A DNA stretch of 63,398 nt, filler included, from Sphacelaria rigidula (taxonomy: Eukaryota): NCBI GenBank assembly GCA_964200075.2. It is 8 parts of 8 records of this genome, joined end to end, with 100 filler letters (N's around TTAATTAATTAA, not from the genome) between each part and the next. Parts side by side here need not be neighbours in the genome. Positions count along the whole stretch, not along the records: positions 23,815 to 31,651 come from CAXNAA020013298.1; positions 31,752 to 39,588 come from CAXNAA020013299.1; 6 more parts are not named here. The stretch is one strand, 5' to 3'. This document shows, piece after piece, positions 26,129-38,230 of the stretch (positions are counted from its first letter, which is position 1; every line of letters starts with the position of its first letter). The notes beneath the pieces are model-generated. The model was not told the origin of the DNA, did not search any database, and was given only the letters and a program-made list of their open reading frames with translations. A program made the position numbers and the translations under genes.

Positions 26129-27349
26129 CAGTGTTTCAATTCTAGAGCTGATCATCAAGTCTTACCTCCAAGTGGTATTAATCATAGCCAGTTGGATCCT
26201 TTCTCCCCGCGGGATCGGCTGTCATGTTGTGCAACACCTCCCGCCTCCGAAGCGGGTACATCTTTTGTCGTGGTAGTTGTTACCCCCTCAACTGTTCATT
26301 GCGGGACAAAACCATCAAGGCCACACACCAGCCACCCAAAATGCTTAGGTGCCAAGCCGATCCTTGTCACACCCACGAACGAAATAACGTCGGTACCCGG
26401 TCCCCTTTTATTTGGTGAGCGTAATATTTCGAGCACGGAGCGCAACCGTGTCGAATCCGGCTTTCCGTTGCTCAGCAGGTTGGGGAGGAAGCCCAAGCAC
26501 AGCGCCGGTGGAGCGCCACGAGGGTGACCGAGGGCGGACTCTGCTTGACCAATTCCCAATAGCCCCCGGAGCAGCTGAACCTTTGGTGCGCTATACGCGT
26601 CACCCTCGGCAGGCTCCTCCGGATGACCCTGTAGACATCCCTGATGGCACAGGTGCACCCGTCCACCGAAGTCGTGAACGGGTGTGGGTTTCATTACATG
26701 AAGACGATACTGTCGACCAGGCCGGTGTTTCCCAGATTTCGAACAGATCAACAATGCTCCCTGCCGACCCCTCACATGCTATGTTAAAAACTGCCACTAA
26801 AATAGTGTTGTCATTTCTTGGGCCGGATACCTCGCTGCTAATTGGGCCTTTGCCTCCTTGTCATGAAAACCCCCCGTCTGAGTTTTCATAACAAGGGAAA
26901 CATAGCATAGTGACCGATGAGCCGTCCACGCTTGACCGCTCGCCCCCTATTTTACCAATGTTATCCTCAACTATCACGGGTAGCGATTTGACTTGAGTGT
27001 AGCCAAATCGCCTTCACCCTTTGTCGAAACGTCCCCTCGTTTGCCCGTACCAGATACTGTGATCTCGCCAGCAAACCGACTCTTCGCTACTTGTTGCGGC
27101 CGACCAAGGTATCTCGAACCAGACGCAACAGTTGTCGCGGCCAGCCAAGACAACTGCCCTTCCCAGGCATCGTTCATCTGTACAATATATATATACGAAT
27201 TTCAATACTCGACCGATTCCCCAATACTGCAAAAGACACTCCGTGCCCCAACCTACCTTCGGACAGAACTCTTGCTCCGAAGGATCATCAGCATGTGTAG
27301 TTCAGCACAGCCGCTCACAATCACAAGCACGGGTTTCCACAGATTTTTT

Positions 27350-30300
27350 ACCAGAATTGGATCGGATCTATTCAGCGGAACTGCAATCATGGATGATGCC
27401 CCCCTTCACAACGAAAATAGTGCGTCAGTTTGCCACCAACTTGTGATGGACCCGCAATCTAAAGCACTGGCGGCGTGTTCTACACCGTCAGGCTTACGAA
27501 TGGCTGGTAACACCACGAGGTGCAGGAGGCGCCCCCGGGGCGTCTTAACGGGTGATGGTTTTTGTGAGTGATCGATTCTTCAAGTGTCATGTGTACCCCG
27601 ACGATGCGGTAATACACAGCAGAACACTTCTGAACACGCCGAGCACTTGACGTTTTTGTTCGCTCTCTTTGAACAACACAACTCGAAACTTGCCGTGAGC
27701 AAATCCCGCGTTGGAGCGACTAGCATCGGATTCCTGGGCCACTGTACCAACCCCGTTGGTCGTAGTCCAAACCTCAACAAGGTTGACGCACTTGCAGATG
27801 TGCCCATGCCACGAGATACATGTCGACTGCGAACCTTGCTCGGCGGTTTGAGCTACTACCGACGGTATTTGCCGAACCTAGCCCAAATTTTGAAACCTCT
27901 CACCTCTCTTCTGAAGAAAAAGAGGAGTGAACTTCGCGTTCACGTCGGAAATGGAGAAAATAGTACGTCAACTACTTGACACCCTGTCGCGACCACCAAT
28001 CTTGGTTTTCCCAGACTGGTCGGCCGCTGAAAATGGTTCATGTCCATTCCGGCTTCACACGGATTCTTCCAAAATTGGGTTTGGCTGCACGTTGAACCAG
28101 GAACAACCAGATGCTAATATTCGCCCCATTGTATACGTGAGTCGAACCACCTACCCAAACGAACAAAACTGTTCGGTCATGGAGCAAGAGGCCGGTGCGA
28201 TTGTTTGGGTAGTGCGACGTCTCCGTCAGTACTTGTATGACATTCCGTTCGTGATTTATACAGATCACAAGTCTTTGGAAAACCTCGCCAAAATGGCGGA
28301 ACACAACGCCCGGGTCCAACGCTGGTTTGAAATCCTGTCATCTTACAACTGCACCCTGAAGAATCGAACAGGACCTCAAAACGCAAACGCTGGTTTTCTG
28401 TCTCGCTTGCCCATCCCGGCCCAACCCATCGACAGCTCCGCCTTGGGACGCATCACGGATCCCACCGAAGACATTGTATACTTCATGAGCAGAAACGGTC
28501 ATAGCGGTATCTAGACACCTCTCTCACTGAACAACAAGTCGGAAGTTGGCATGGATGGGCTGACGACTACCGCTCACGCTTCTGTACTAGCCAGTATGCC
28601 ACTTCAATCACTGTGTTCAGTTTGGAGTGGAGCTAGCACAAACCCGAGCGGGTATGATCAATTTCGTGCAACTGGTCATCGTATGGTTTGTGCTGCAGAT
28701 GTAGAACCGTCTTGTGCTGACTTCGTCCTCCCGGTTCAGGTGCGAAATCTCATCTCGAGTAGAACCAGGGGACGACGGGCCGCCGAAACGGCCGCCACCC
28801 TGGCAGTCGCTGGCCCGGACCTTCCTATCCCAAGTCCCATCCCGGTGCCCGATACTTTCCTTGCGCCCCCTCACCCACCGCGGCGCAAGGCCCCCAAAAA
28901 TCGACTCCATCCACGGCACCCCTTCTTACCATAATATCCGAAGCTTCGGCTTCGCCCCCCTTCCCCGGTGATGATACGCCCAGTGATGCCTCATCATCCG
29001 ATGCGCTAGTCGACGTAGGATTCGAAGGCAATGCTCCGCTTGAAAGTGCACTGACTGATTCCCCGCATATGATCCAAATATCCCCGATTCGAGTCAACAC
29101 CACCGTGACACGAACCCTTTCATTTTGGAATACCCACCGGATAGTGTATTTGAGGAACGTTTGACCCTTCTTTCTCACGCCGATTGGGCCAGAGGACAAC
29201 AAGCTGAACCTGCTTGTAGAGCGGCTATACAGTATCTATCCAAGGGTTGTCCGTCCTATTTTCCAGCGACCGAGTTCCTCTTGCCCGTTGGGAACCACAA
29301 AGCCCCCACACAGAATGAAGTTATTGAAGTATCGCGGAAAGGCATGCTTTATACGGATGATGATGGTGTCGTCCTCTTGGTTCGCCGGCCCACAGCGCCC
29401 CTTCGTGTGGGTAAACCTACCAGAAAACACGCCTGCTTGTTACGTGATGACCCCACACGAATTTATGTGCCGATGCTGCTGCGCCCGTGGGTTCTTCATG
29501 AGTGTCATTCGCAAGGATCGACACATCTGGGAGTTGCTCGGACCTCCCAGATGCTTGAGCGTTTTTATTGGTGAATTTGTATGGACCAGTGCGTACGTTG
29601 GTGAGTAAGGCGTTGTCGTTTGTGTCAAGAGCGAAAACTTCACGCTAGACAGTTCGTTGACCGATTGTTACCATGCCACTCCCAGACGGGTCTAGTGAAG
29701 TAGTTTCGTGGCACTATTTTGGCCCCTTGCCCCTGACGGATGGTGGTCATGAGTATATTTTGTTGTTCACAGATAGATTTAGTCGCCATGCGGTGATGCA
29801 CGCCGTCGCTGCCAGTAGCTATAACGTGGAAGGTACCGCCAACCTTCTTGTATACACGTATATTCCGCACTTGGGTGTGCCCAAACCATTCTTATCCGAT
29901 AACGGCCCGCACTTCGCCGGCAAGCTTTCTGCTGCAAGCAGTAACCTCCTGGGTGCTCATCGTATTTTTACAAGCTCATACCATCCAGCCACAAACGGTG
30001 GAACCGAAAGAGTGAACCATACGATGGCTCAAATGCTTGCGACAGTAACCAACGAACGACAAACAAACTGGGACTTGCTTTTGCCCCTCATTCAGATGAA
30101 CTACAACAATTCAGTCAATGCCGCAACGGGATTGGCTCCCAATGAAGTTCATCTTGGTCGTATGCCCAGATTGCCACTTACGGTGTTCGAACGAAAACCT
30201 TACGGGGGCCATCAGAGTTTGAAGAGGGATATCGCGGACACTCGAAATTCTCCAAACTTGGTTTTTCACCTAGGACCCCAACATTTCAGTAATCGAAATC

Positions 30301-31540
30301 CAAATTTATATGACGTGTAGCAGTTTTCAATAGCTATCAGCAGGTAAAGATGTGGAACCATATTTCGAAGATTTGGTGTGGATACGAAGATTTTTATTCT
30401 CCGGGTTTCTCATCCCCCGTGAAAGATCCACCCCCAATTTGTAAGATCCCGTGTTAGTACGCGAGCAAAACCAGATCAACGCAGCGAAAGTAGCCAGGGC
30501 ATACTCTGTGTTGGATGATGCGGTCAACAATCGCCCGGTGTGGAAGGTAGATCAATGGGCATGGGTGTACAATGATGTGAAGATCGTAACTCAGGGGGCT
30601 AGCTCCAATAAGTCGTCGTTGGATAAGGTGTTGAAGTCGAAACTATCGTTGAATTGGACTGGCCCCTGGAAGATCGTGGCGGTTGGGCCCTGTGATGCCG
30701 AACCCGACAATAGTCCGGTAGGCGAGAAAATTTTGTATTATTTGGATTTTCCCACTGATGAACCTGGCATCAAACCCGAAAACCGAGTATCGATGCTGAG
30801 GTGTAAATCATGTCTGCCCCCGCATGATGCATCCGACATGCCCAAGCAGTTGCCAATGGGCCTCAGTCAGTACGTGTTGACCAACTATGCGGCCAAAGCC
30901 CCCCCATATAACATGATTGTTGAAGATGCCAACGGGCCCCTTGAGCGAGTAGTGGTAGATCGCATCTCAGGCCATCAATTAGTCCGAGGTCGAGGAGGTA
31001 AAACAGCGGTTATGTACCAGTCTCATTGGAAGGGTATCATGCGTGTTACATGGGAGCGTGAAGTTGACTTACGTCACTTTCGTCGGGAAATATTGCTGTA
31101 CTGGGTACGAGATGCCGTCCAACACCGCCCGTTGAATAAAAGATATAGCTCGATGCGCAAGGGAGCTGCCGCTCGGGAATTGGCACGAGAGCACTCGGCG
31201 CGGTTTGTTGTAGCAGGATATAGCCTTCTCTCGCGTTCACAATACTTGCATTCTTTTCACGGACAACGTCTGCCGAAGGGAGCGTATTTTTGGTATAAGG
31301 CTTTGGATTCCCTGTGATGGTTGGGTAAGATTCATTTGATCCTACATCTGACCACTCCTACTTTGTTCGTTTCCTCGATGACCCGAGCCCCCTTAAAATT
31401 TGCTTGGATGATGCGTACTACACCGAGGAGCCGACCGCTCGGAGGGGATCCTGGTGCCTCCAACGACACGACCAAGGCGAACTCGACACAGCCGTTCTAC
31501 GGAACACGGACACCGCTTGGGATGCAGAATGCTCATGATG
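27350..31540 (+). mobile_element. Decayed Ty3/gypsy (chromovirus-type) LTR retrotransposon pol: RT-RNaseH-integrase-chromodomain
   Basis: RT remnants DLFSG, TPSGL, VYPDD (decayed YLDD), FLGH, LGGLSYYRRYLPN. RNase H FRLHTDSSKIGFG...YTDHKSL...RVQRW...NANAGFLSRLP (27927-28514). Integrase HECH..THLGVART, DRFSR, SDNGPHF, YHPATNGGTERVN (29125-30230). Chromo YQSHWKG...TWERE (~31010-31065). Many stops and frameshifts; decayed gag/PR probably lie upstream to ~24800; LTRs not resolved. Confidence 0.92.
30231..30453. repeat. ~220-bp repeat fragment inserted in the gypsy integrase
   Basis: Breaks the frame between GGHQSLKRD and LVREQ; homologous to ~35625-35760; ends in GATCCCGTG like the CACGGG family. 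Confidence 0.65.
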
Positions 31541-31651
31541 CCGCATCCGAGTCTGCTCCCCCAATCACCTTGCGTAGTGTACCACGTTCGAGTCGCTTGT
31601 CTTGCACCGTAATGTCGTTGGCAGACCATATGTTCCCCCCCCCCCCCCCAC

Positions 31652-31751
31652 NNNNNNNNNNNNNNNNNNNNNNNNNNNNNNNNNNNNNNNNNNNNTTAAT
31701 TAATTAANNNNNNNNNNNNNNNNNNNNNNNNNNNNNNNNNNNNNNNNNNNN
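31652..31751. other. Artificial contig linker
   Basis: N44-TTAATTAATTAA-N44. Confidence 0.97.
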
Positions 31752-32300
31752 CGGTCTGGTGTTTGTGTGTGGTGTGCGCCTGGGGTTGCGGGGCTGGCGG
31801 TTCGGTTGTCGGCCGTACTCATTTATTGCTTGCCTTAGTCGTTTGACCATTGACCACGCATCCCTTTCGAAACGGAGCATCCAGGTCATGGGGGGTGGAT
31901 CATGGACACATGTTAACCCGCTGTAGAAAAATGCGGAATACAATAGTCAGCGTCAAAAGTATGCAGAATTCGTAGTTTCTTAGTTTCTCAAAAATATTCC
32001 AATTCTTTTCGCTTGCCACCACTCATCACAGTCACTGTTGGATGTCAACATATGGGCATCTGGAGACATTTTATTCATTTTTACAAATATTGGAAGAAAA
32101 AATATCCACGAACAATATTGAGTGACTTACGGGCTTGACCGCTCTTCGGGGGTCCTGCGAAAGTGCAACCCCTGGTTCTAGTTTTTCGGTATTTTCGGTG
32201 GACCGACTCGATCCGGATCATATAAGTGAAGACTCAAAAATGATTATATTTTTAAAACTCCACCTATTCACTGCGCTAAAGCCGGGAAACTATGCTACGC

Positions 32301-32766
32301 GGACCATTTACGGTCAATAAGACCCTCCTGATAAACGGGGTCTCTATTCCGTATTGCCCCCACAACACCAACTTGGGCATTATAATTTGAGCACGGTCTG
32401 CCCAGTTTCCCAAAACTATCGACGCTAGCACTTTCGAATGCTCATGGAAAATGCTGTGCGAAACAATAACGAAAAAAGGCCATCCGCAGGAAATGCTAGA
32501 CTGTGGTCTGTGCAGTATAGGAGGGAAACACGATCTTGATCGTTATTGTGAAAACAAATTCACGTGTTCATTCATCTGAATATTGACCGTTTCGTTGCGG
32601 AAGAGCCAGAAAACTTCTTTTATTGGACCAAAAACAGTCAATAATACCCTCCTGATAAACGGGGTATCTAGTCCGTCTCGCCCCAAAAACACCAACCTGG
32701 GCACTGCAGTTTCAGCGCGGCCTACGCTTCCCCCCCTAAATCTACCGGCGCTAGCTAGCACTTTCA
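32301..32766 (+). repeat. Diverged ~135-bp direct repeat pair (32301-32436, 32625-32766)
   Basis: Shared GTCAATAA.ACCCTCCTGATAAACGGGGT...ACACCAAC.TGGGCA...GCTAGCACTTTC. Confidence 0.7.
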
Positions 32767-34111
32767 AGTAGTAGTGAAGAATAGTACTCGAGAAAAACTC
32801 GAAAACTACAACAACTACGAATTCTGAAAACTTCTGATGCTGACTACTATAGATCGATTGTACATGCCAGCCACACTTACCATGAGGCGTGAGTGGCATC
32901 TACATCTATGCCATGCGTATGCCTCCGTGCGGGATGAAGAGTCCGCACATCATTGAATCCTCTCGTGACATGGGCCTTGCATCAGTGGTACGTTTCTCTC
33001 AATCTGTATGCAGTTGAGATGACTGTACTGCATATGTTATTCACCGTCGGGTGCATGCGGGACCGACACGTGAATACAGGTTGATCCCTCTCATGTCATA
33101 CCGCGCAGGCGCTCCGCTTTTGAGACGCTGAGGCCTGTCGCCCCAGCATCCGTCGCGCTCTCCTCCAGCGCGACCTTCCGAGCGGCCTCCTCTTCCGCCG
33201 GAATCATTAATATCTCCGGGCCGCGCTCTACCGAGCATCCCACCGCCGCATCTCACTCCTCGGTCACCTGCCCTCCAGCCTCCTGAAAAGCATCCACCGA
33301 AAAGCTCACGCAATGACTTCCCAAAAAGGCGGGCGTCTTCACGTGCGGACCAGGCGGAAACATCCGCGTCTTCATGGAGTCCTTCAACCGCTCATACGGG
33401 TCGACTCCTAGATCCTGTAGCGTCGGTAGCCCCAGAAGAACAACGCCATCCGACCCTGGCATATTTGCAAACTAGATTGGAGGCAACGGCGCCAGCCCCC
33501 AAGCAGTCTTGAATACTAGTCGAAACGGAATAGTGCGCTCCGTGACGGCAACATGTTGACCCGACGCGGTTACTGCCTGCCGCGCCCCGAGCGAAAACGG
33601 GATGCGCAGCGGCACACCCGGAAGTTAACGCTTCAGCATCTCAACTATCTGCACCGGCAGAGAAGTGAAATGGGCGCCAGAATCCAACACAGACCGAACC
33701 ACAATGGCTCCACCGCTGCCGCTGATTCAGGAGACATAACTCCGCCGGAATGTATCTGTCGGCAAGCTCCATGGGAACTTATTCCGCCGACCGATGCGCC
33801 GCTAATCCCACTTGACGCCACGGCTGCGCAAGCTACGCAGGCAAAGACGCCGCGGCAGGTCCAAATGGCACCGCCGGCGGGTACGCCCCCCAGCCAGCAA
33901 ACCAAGAATCCGGCGAACCTCCGACCAACGCATCAACAGGCGTCGTGCCTGGTGCTGCTATCGATGCCGCCGTCGGCGCCACCACCGGCGCCGGCGCAGT
34001 GTTCGACTCTGCAGAAGTTGGGCCCACCTGCACCGCCCGTTGCGGAGCAGCAGCACCTACGGCGGCGCCGAACCCAGAGCCAGGCCCATGCTGACGCCGC
34101 TGCCCCTGCTG

Positions 34112-34870
34112 CTACTGATTCTGCTGTTGCTGCGGCTGCTGCTGAGAACTCGCCTGCGACCCTCCATCGCCGGAAGATCCGTCGCCGCCACCACGATTAC
34201 CTCGTATTTTGCCCTCGTGCTGACGATGCTGATGGCGCGTGGCACTAGACTGTCCAGACTCTCCACCGGAAGACGTTGGGCAATCGCGCGCGTAACGGCC
34301 GACCTGGCCACAGCGGTGGCAAGTAGTACTCGCGGCGCGACCGGCCGATTTCGAGCCATGGTTGCGCAAAGATTTCGGCGAAGATGTGGACGACTGGCCG
34401 AACACCTCTATTTTCCGCCACTCCTTGGCCTCGGCCACGACGGTGCTCATCACCAGGTATGGGTCGGCCTTCCAGTCTGTTTGGTGCTGCAGCTTGATAA
34501 GCACGGCTTGCTTGAAATTTTCTGGTGCGAACCTCTCCACCAAAGCCTGAGTGATTACTGCAGCCGGGCCGGGGATGAACTCACAATCTGGGGAACGATA
34601 TACTAGTTCCACGCCCGGATTTCCCGTGAAGTACTTCTCCAAATTGGCCAGGATAAGCTCCACCCGCTCCAACATCGTTCTCCCCCGAGAAGCCATGGCG
34701 ACAGCTTCCGCCACGGCCGCGGGCACCTGGGTCAGATCTACCTTGGCGCCCGCTGCATGCCCAGCATGCTTTTTGATCTTCGCAACCAATCGCGGCGGGG
34801 TGATAGTGCTCTCATCATGTTCCAAACGAGCGAATAGTCTCTGTACATGAGTTGGCACTTGCTGAGCCAT
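34112..34870 (-). pseudogene. gag: Retrotransposon gag (decayed CCHC knuckle, premature stop)
   Basis: ORF MAQQVPTHVQRLF...WKADPYLVMSTVVAEAKEWR...CHRCGQVGRYARDC lying between the LTR and the protease. Confidence 0.75.
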
Positions 34871-35362
34871 TGTCACCACCTGATGCCGCACGGTACCCCC
34901 TACATTAGCGTGCTCCACACGCTTCGTTGTATTCCCGATACCTCGTGTAAAAAGTGAGAGATGCACTCTCTGAGTACCTATCCCCGTATCGGGGAGGTCG
35001 CAACTCTTCCCGCATGACGACGGGTGTCACAGTGGACGTACCTCGTGAACCGGTAGCCATGGCTGTAGCTGTAACCGGCTACCTGCGAACTTCTGCAGGC
35101 CAGCGGACCTTTGCTGAATTGCACTTTCCTTGCTTCGTCGCCGCACCACACAGTCGTAGGAATCCCCAAACTCCCGTTGCACGCAGCTTCAGCAAGTCTC
35201 CAGTTTGGATCAATCACAGGCCAGCCGTCTTTCTGCAGCCTCCTCAGCTGGAACCCTCTCCACGCGTCCGTGGGTTATCAGGTTTTCACAGCTACCAGAC
35301 TCCTTCCCCCGAATTCCTTTCCAGCAGGTTTCTAGCACTAACACTAGCATTAATATCGATAT

Positions 35363-35620
35363 TGTGACGCCAGCCAGTGGAAGAACTGCTGGATTACTGC
35401 TGTTGACGGACTTCCCAGTCTTACTGGCCTCAGTTTCAGTTGTCAGCCTTTACAACATCTCATATTATCGGAGTGCCCTCGTAGGCACAGCCTCCTAGAC
35501 ACGCCAGGGTATTAACCGGGTGTCCCCGGTCATTATCCGTAGCCCTCCAGAATCTCCGTGCCCCCAGTCACTATCCATATCATCACCACTAACTCAACGT
35601 AGGGGCGTAATTTCGTCACA
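35363..35620 (-). repeat. LTR (258 bp, TGTGACG...CGTCACA)
   Basis: 7-bp terminal inverted repeat with TG...CA ends; homologous to 45261-45480. Confidence 0.88.
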
Positions 35621-36514
35621 GACCACAACATTTCGATTATCGAAATCCAACTTTGTAGGGCGTGTAGCAGTTGTCAATAGCTACCAGTAGGTGAAGTAAT
35701 GAAACCATATTTCGAAGATTTGGTGTGGATACCATGATCTTAATACTCCGGATTCTCATTTTGAATAAAAAGCACCATCCTCAATTTCGATGATGGGCTG
35801 TTCACAATCGTCGGTGCTACAGTACCACCATTCGAATACTGCGTTCACCTGACCCTGCGACTGTGAGAGTGCGCAGTCCATCTGGATCATTCATATTTAT
35901 TTCGCGTGAAATTGATGCCGACTAAACAGATGGCCTTCTCTCGCCGTTGAAGGTCTGATCGAGATTTCCTGTAGGCGATTTCTTATCTTTACTCGAAAAT
36001 TAGGGAGTCAACGGGCATTGGAAGAAGACGTAGGGCGTCTTTGAAAACGTATTTCCGGAATCTATGTTGGAATATCATGGAGTAAAATCTCAGTTCTGGT
36101 GGTGGATTGGACGGCAGCGGCCGAAGCCTCACCTTTCCTTTCTTTGCTGCAGCAGAGAGAAGAGGTTTCGCCTTCGTCTACTTCCCTACTGCAGTACTGT
36201 AATAGCCGGTGTTGCAGTACCACGATTTATTCGAACACTGCGTACACTCGAGCCTTAGACGGCGAGAGTAGGTCATCTGTTGAATCGGCATCAATTTCAC
36301 TTGAAATACGTATGCATGATCCAGATGGACTGTACCCTCGCAGTCCTTTTCTTTCTTTTGTATTGCGTCTGCGTGAATTGTTTCTGAGTCCTGTTTCATT
36401 CTATGATCTTCTTCACCCTCACTTAGGGTAGTTACCCTGTGACACGGAAGGCGTCCGCATCAGATGCCCAGTGCAGAGTACTGCGCAGATATCGGAACGG
36501 TTTTTGATGTGAAG

Positions 36515-36566
36515 ACAACAACAGCAGCAGCAGCAGCAGCAGCAACAACAACAACAGCAGCAGCAG
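36515..36566. repeat. (CAA/CAG)n microsatellite
   Basis: Direct reading. Confidence 0.9.
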
Positions 36567-36625
36567 TCCGAGAGTTAACCCGCAGACCGCGAGGGTAGTC
36601 TATCTGGATCATACATACTTCAAGT

Positions 36626-36825
36626 GAACATCACTTACTGCCCCACGTCAAGCAGTGGTGCTCCAGCGGTGGCATGAACATCGCTCACTGCCCAACGACA
36701 AGCAGTGGCACTCAAGAGATAATATGAACATCACTCCCTACCCAATGGCAAGCAGTGGCACCCCAGCTGTAGCATGGACATCGCTCACTGCCCAACGCCA
36801 AGCAGTAGCCCTCCAGCGGTTGCAG
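36626..36825 (+). repeat. 50-bp minisatellite, 4 units
   Basis: Units start at 36626, 36676, 36726 and 36776 (GAACATC.CTCACTGCCCAACG.CAAGCAGTGG). Confidence 0.85.
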
Positions 36826-37227
36826 GGCAGACATAACCCAACAGCCTAGCCCGCAGCAGTCCCCAACGGCAAGTCTGAGCGACAAACAATTGCCTACTGC
36901 CTCCCAAGCCACAACTCAGCCGTGTGCTGTGGAGGGGTGGCTATGCACACTTCAGATAACCCTTTGACGGCAAGCATACGTCATCTATCTGTTGAATGGG
37001 TACCAAAGTCACTTGGAAAAAAAAAAGCATGATCCAGATGATCTACCCTCTCGCGGTCAAGGGGTTAAGCCTTCGACCGTGAATATAGGTCATCTGTCGA
37101 ATCAGCATCAACTTCACTTGAGAAATGAGCGCATGGCGAGATGACCTACCCTCGCGGTCAAACGGTTCACGTGAAAGGGTTGACCCTTCGACAGCGAGAG
37201 TAATCACGGGATTTTACGATTGGGGAT

Positions 37228-38230
37228 AACAACGTTTTCGTGAGATTGAGAGTTGAAGATATGATTGAGAGCGACTGATTTATTCGAACGGCGGTCACAT
37301 GCACCTTGCAAGTTGTTACACGACACGTAGGCTTGTAGCATGATAAGGGGCTAGTTGATCCTTCACGGGTGGCCAGTGGGTTGCCGGCAATCTCAAATTT
37401 GGACGTTACAGACCTTGTGCAAGGCCTGTAACGTCCAAATTTGAGGTTACAGGCACCCCAATGGCCACCCGTGTTAGGGCAGTGGACCTAAGGAAATGTT
37501 CGTACACAATGGTTGGCAGGGAAGACTACAAGGTTTTAGACTTGATAAGGTTCTGAAAAAAAATGGTTTGGGCTAGGTGAGCAGTGAACCCAGGTCGTCC
37601 AGAACGTGTTTTTTGTCGAAATCGGCGCCTGCCGCGACGATTTGAAGTCTGCCAACGCACACTTTGCCTAGGGGAATCAATGCACCCTCCTCGCCCGAGG
37701 GTCTCGTGCGCCTTGGGTCGGGGTTAGGGTTAGGGTCAGTGTAAGTGTTAGTTTGTAACATTCCATGATGTTCCCCATCAACCATTATCTGCGAACATTT
37801 CGTTAGGTCCCCTCCCTTATACCGCAAGGGTAAGTCACCTGCTGAATCGGCATGAATTTTCACTCGGAAAAAGTGCGCGTGATCCAGATGAACTACCCGC
37901 ACCGCGGTGTAAGGGTTAACCGTCGTTAGGGTACGTTTTAGAATGGTTGGCACAATTTGACAAGTATCGCTACCCCTAACCCTAACCCTAGCCCAACGCA
38001 TACCGAGAACCCTCGGGCAAGGGCAGAACACACATTTCCTCGGCAAAGTGCGGCATTGATCGGTATACCCCAAATCGGCGCCTGTGGCGCCGATTTCAAA
38101 GAAAAACGCGTTCTGTACGCACGCGGGCAGCACACGGGACTGTCAGCTCCACTAAAATTCCGCTTTTAGTTGTTCACACTCAAATCGAGAAATATCATCC
38201 ATTCTAAAACGTAACCCAACTCCGGTAAAC
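37228..38230 (-). repeat. Composite fold-back repeat with telomere-like tracts (type B), containing a MITE A unit at 37814-37915
   Basis: Reverse-complement homologue of ~43096-43965; GGGTTAGGGTTAGGG at ~37720 and CCCTAACCCTAACCCTA at ~37975. Confidence 0.8.
37364..37473. mobile_element. 110-bp palindromic MITE, CACGGGTGGCCA ends, TT TSD
   Basis: 54-bp arms about 89% complementary; absent from the paralogous site at ~43830; same termini as 25836-26128. Confidence 0.85.

Larger units (their letters stand above)
33080..35620 (-). mobile_element. 5' half of a Ty3/gypsy element: LTR, gag, aspartic protease (decayed, truncated)
   Basis: LTR 35363-35620; gag ORF with zinc knuckle CHRCGQVGRYARDC; protease VLDSGA (~33672-33690) and VLLGLPTLQDLG. 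Confidence 0.85.
35853..37203. mobile_element. Cluster of diverged MITE family A copies (35853-35953 +, 36252-36346 -, 36579-36628 partial, 36960-37064 -, 37069-37165 -, 37184-37203 partial)
   Basis: Each matches the ATCTGGATCATGCAT / GATGCCGATTCA core and CCCT..GACCGCGAG ends; TTAA at 36575 and 37065. Confidence 0.75.

Noticed and set aside
33553..34606. Long plus-strand ORFs (231 and 264 aa)
   Set aside because: Antisense shadows of the GC-rich gag region on the minus strand
36579..37064. A single 486-bp piggyBac element with TTAA on both sides
   Set aside because: The right end is explained by a complete reverse MITE copy starting at 36960, so the apparent TIR pair is coincidental
37720..37990. 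True telomere or telomere-fusion site
   Set aside because: Only 2-3 degenerate TTAGGG units, embedded in a dispersed repeat present four times
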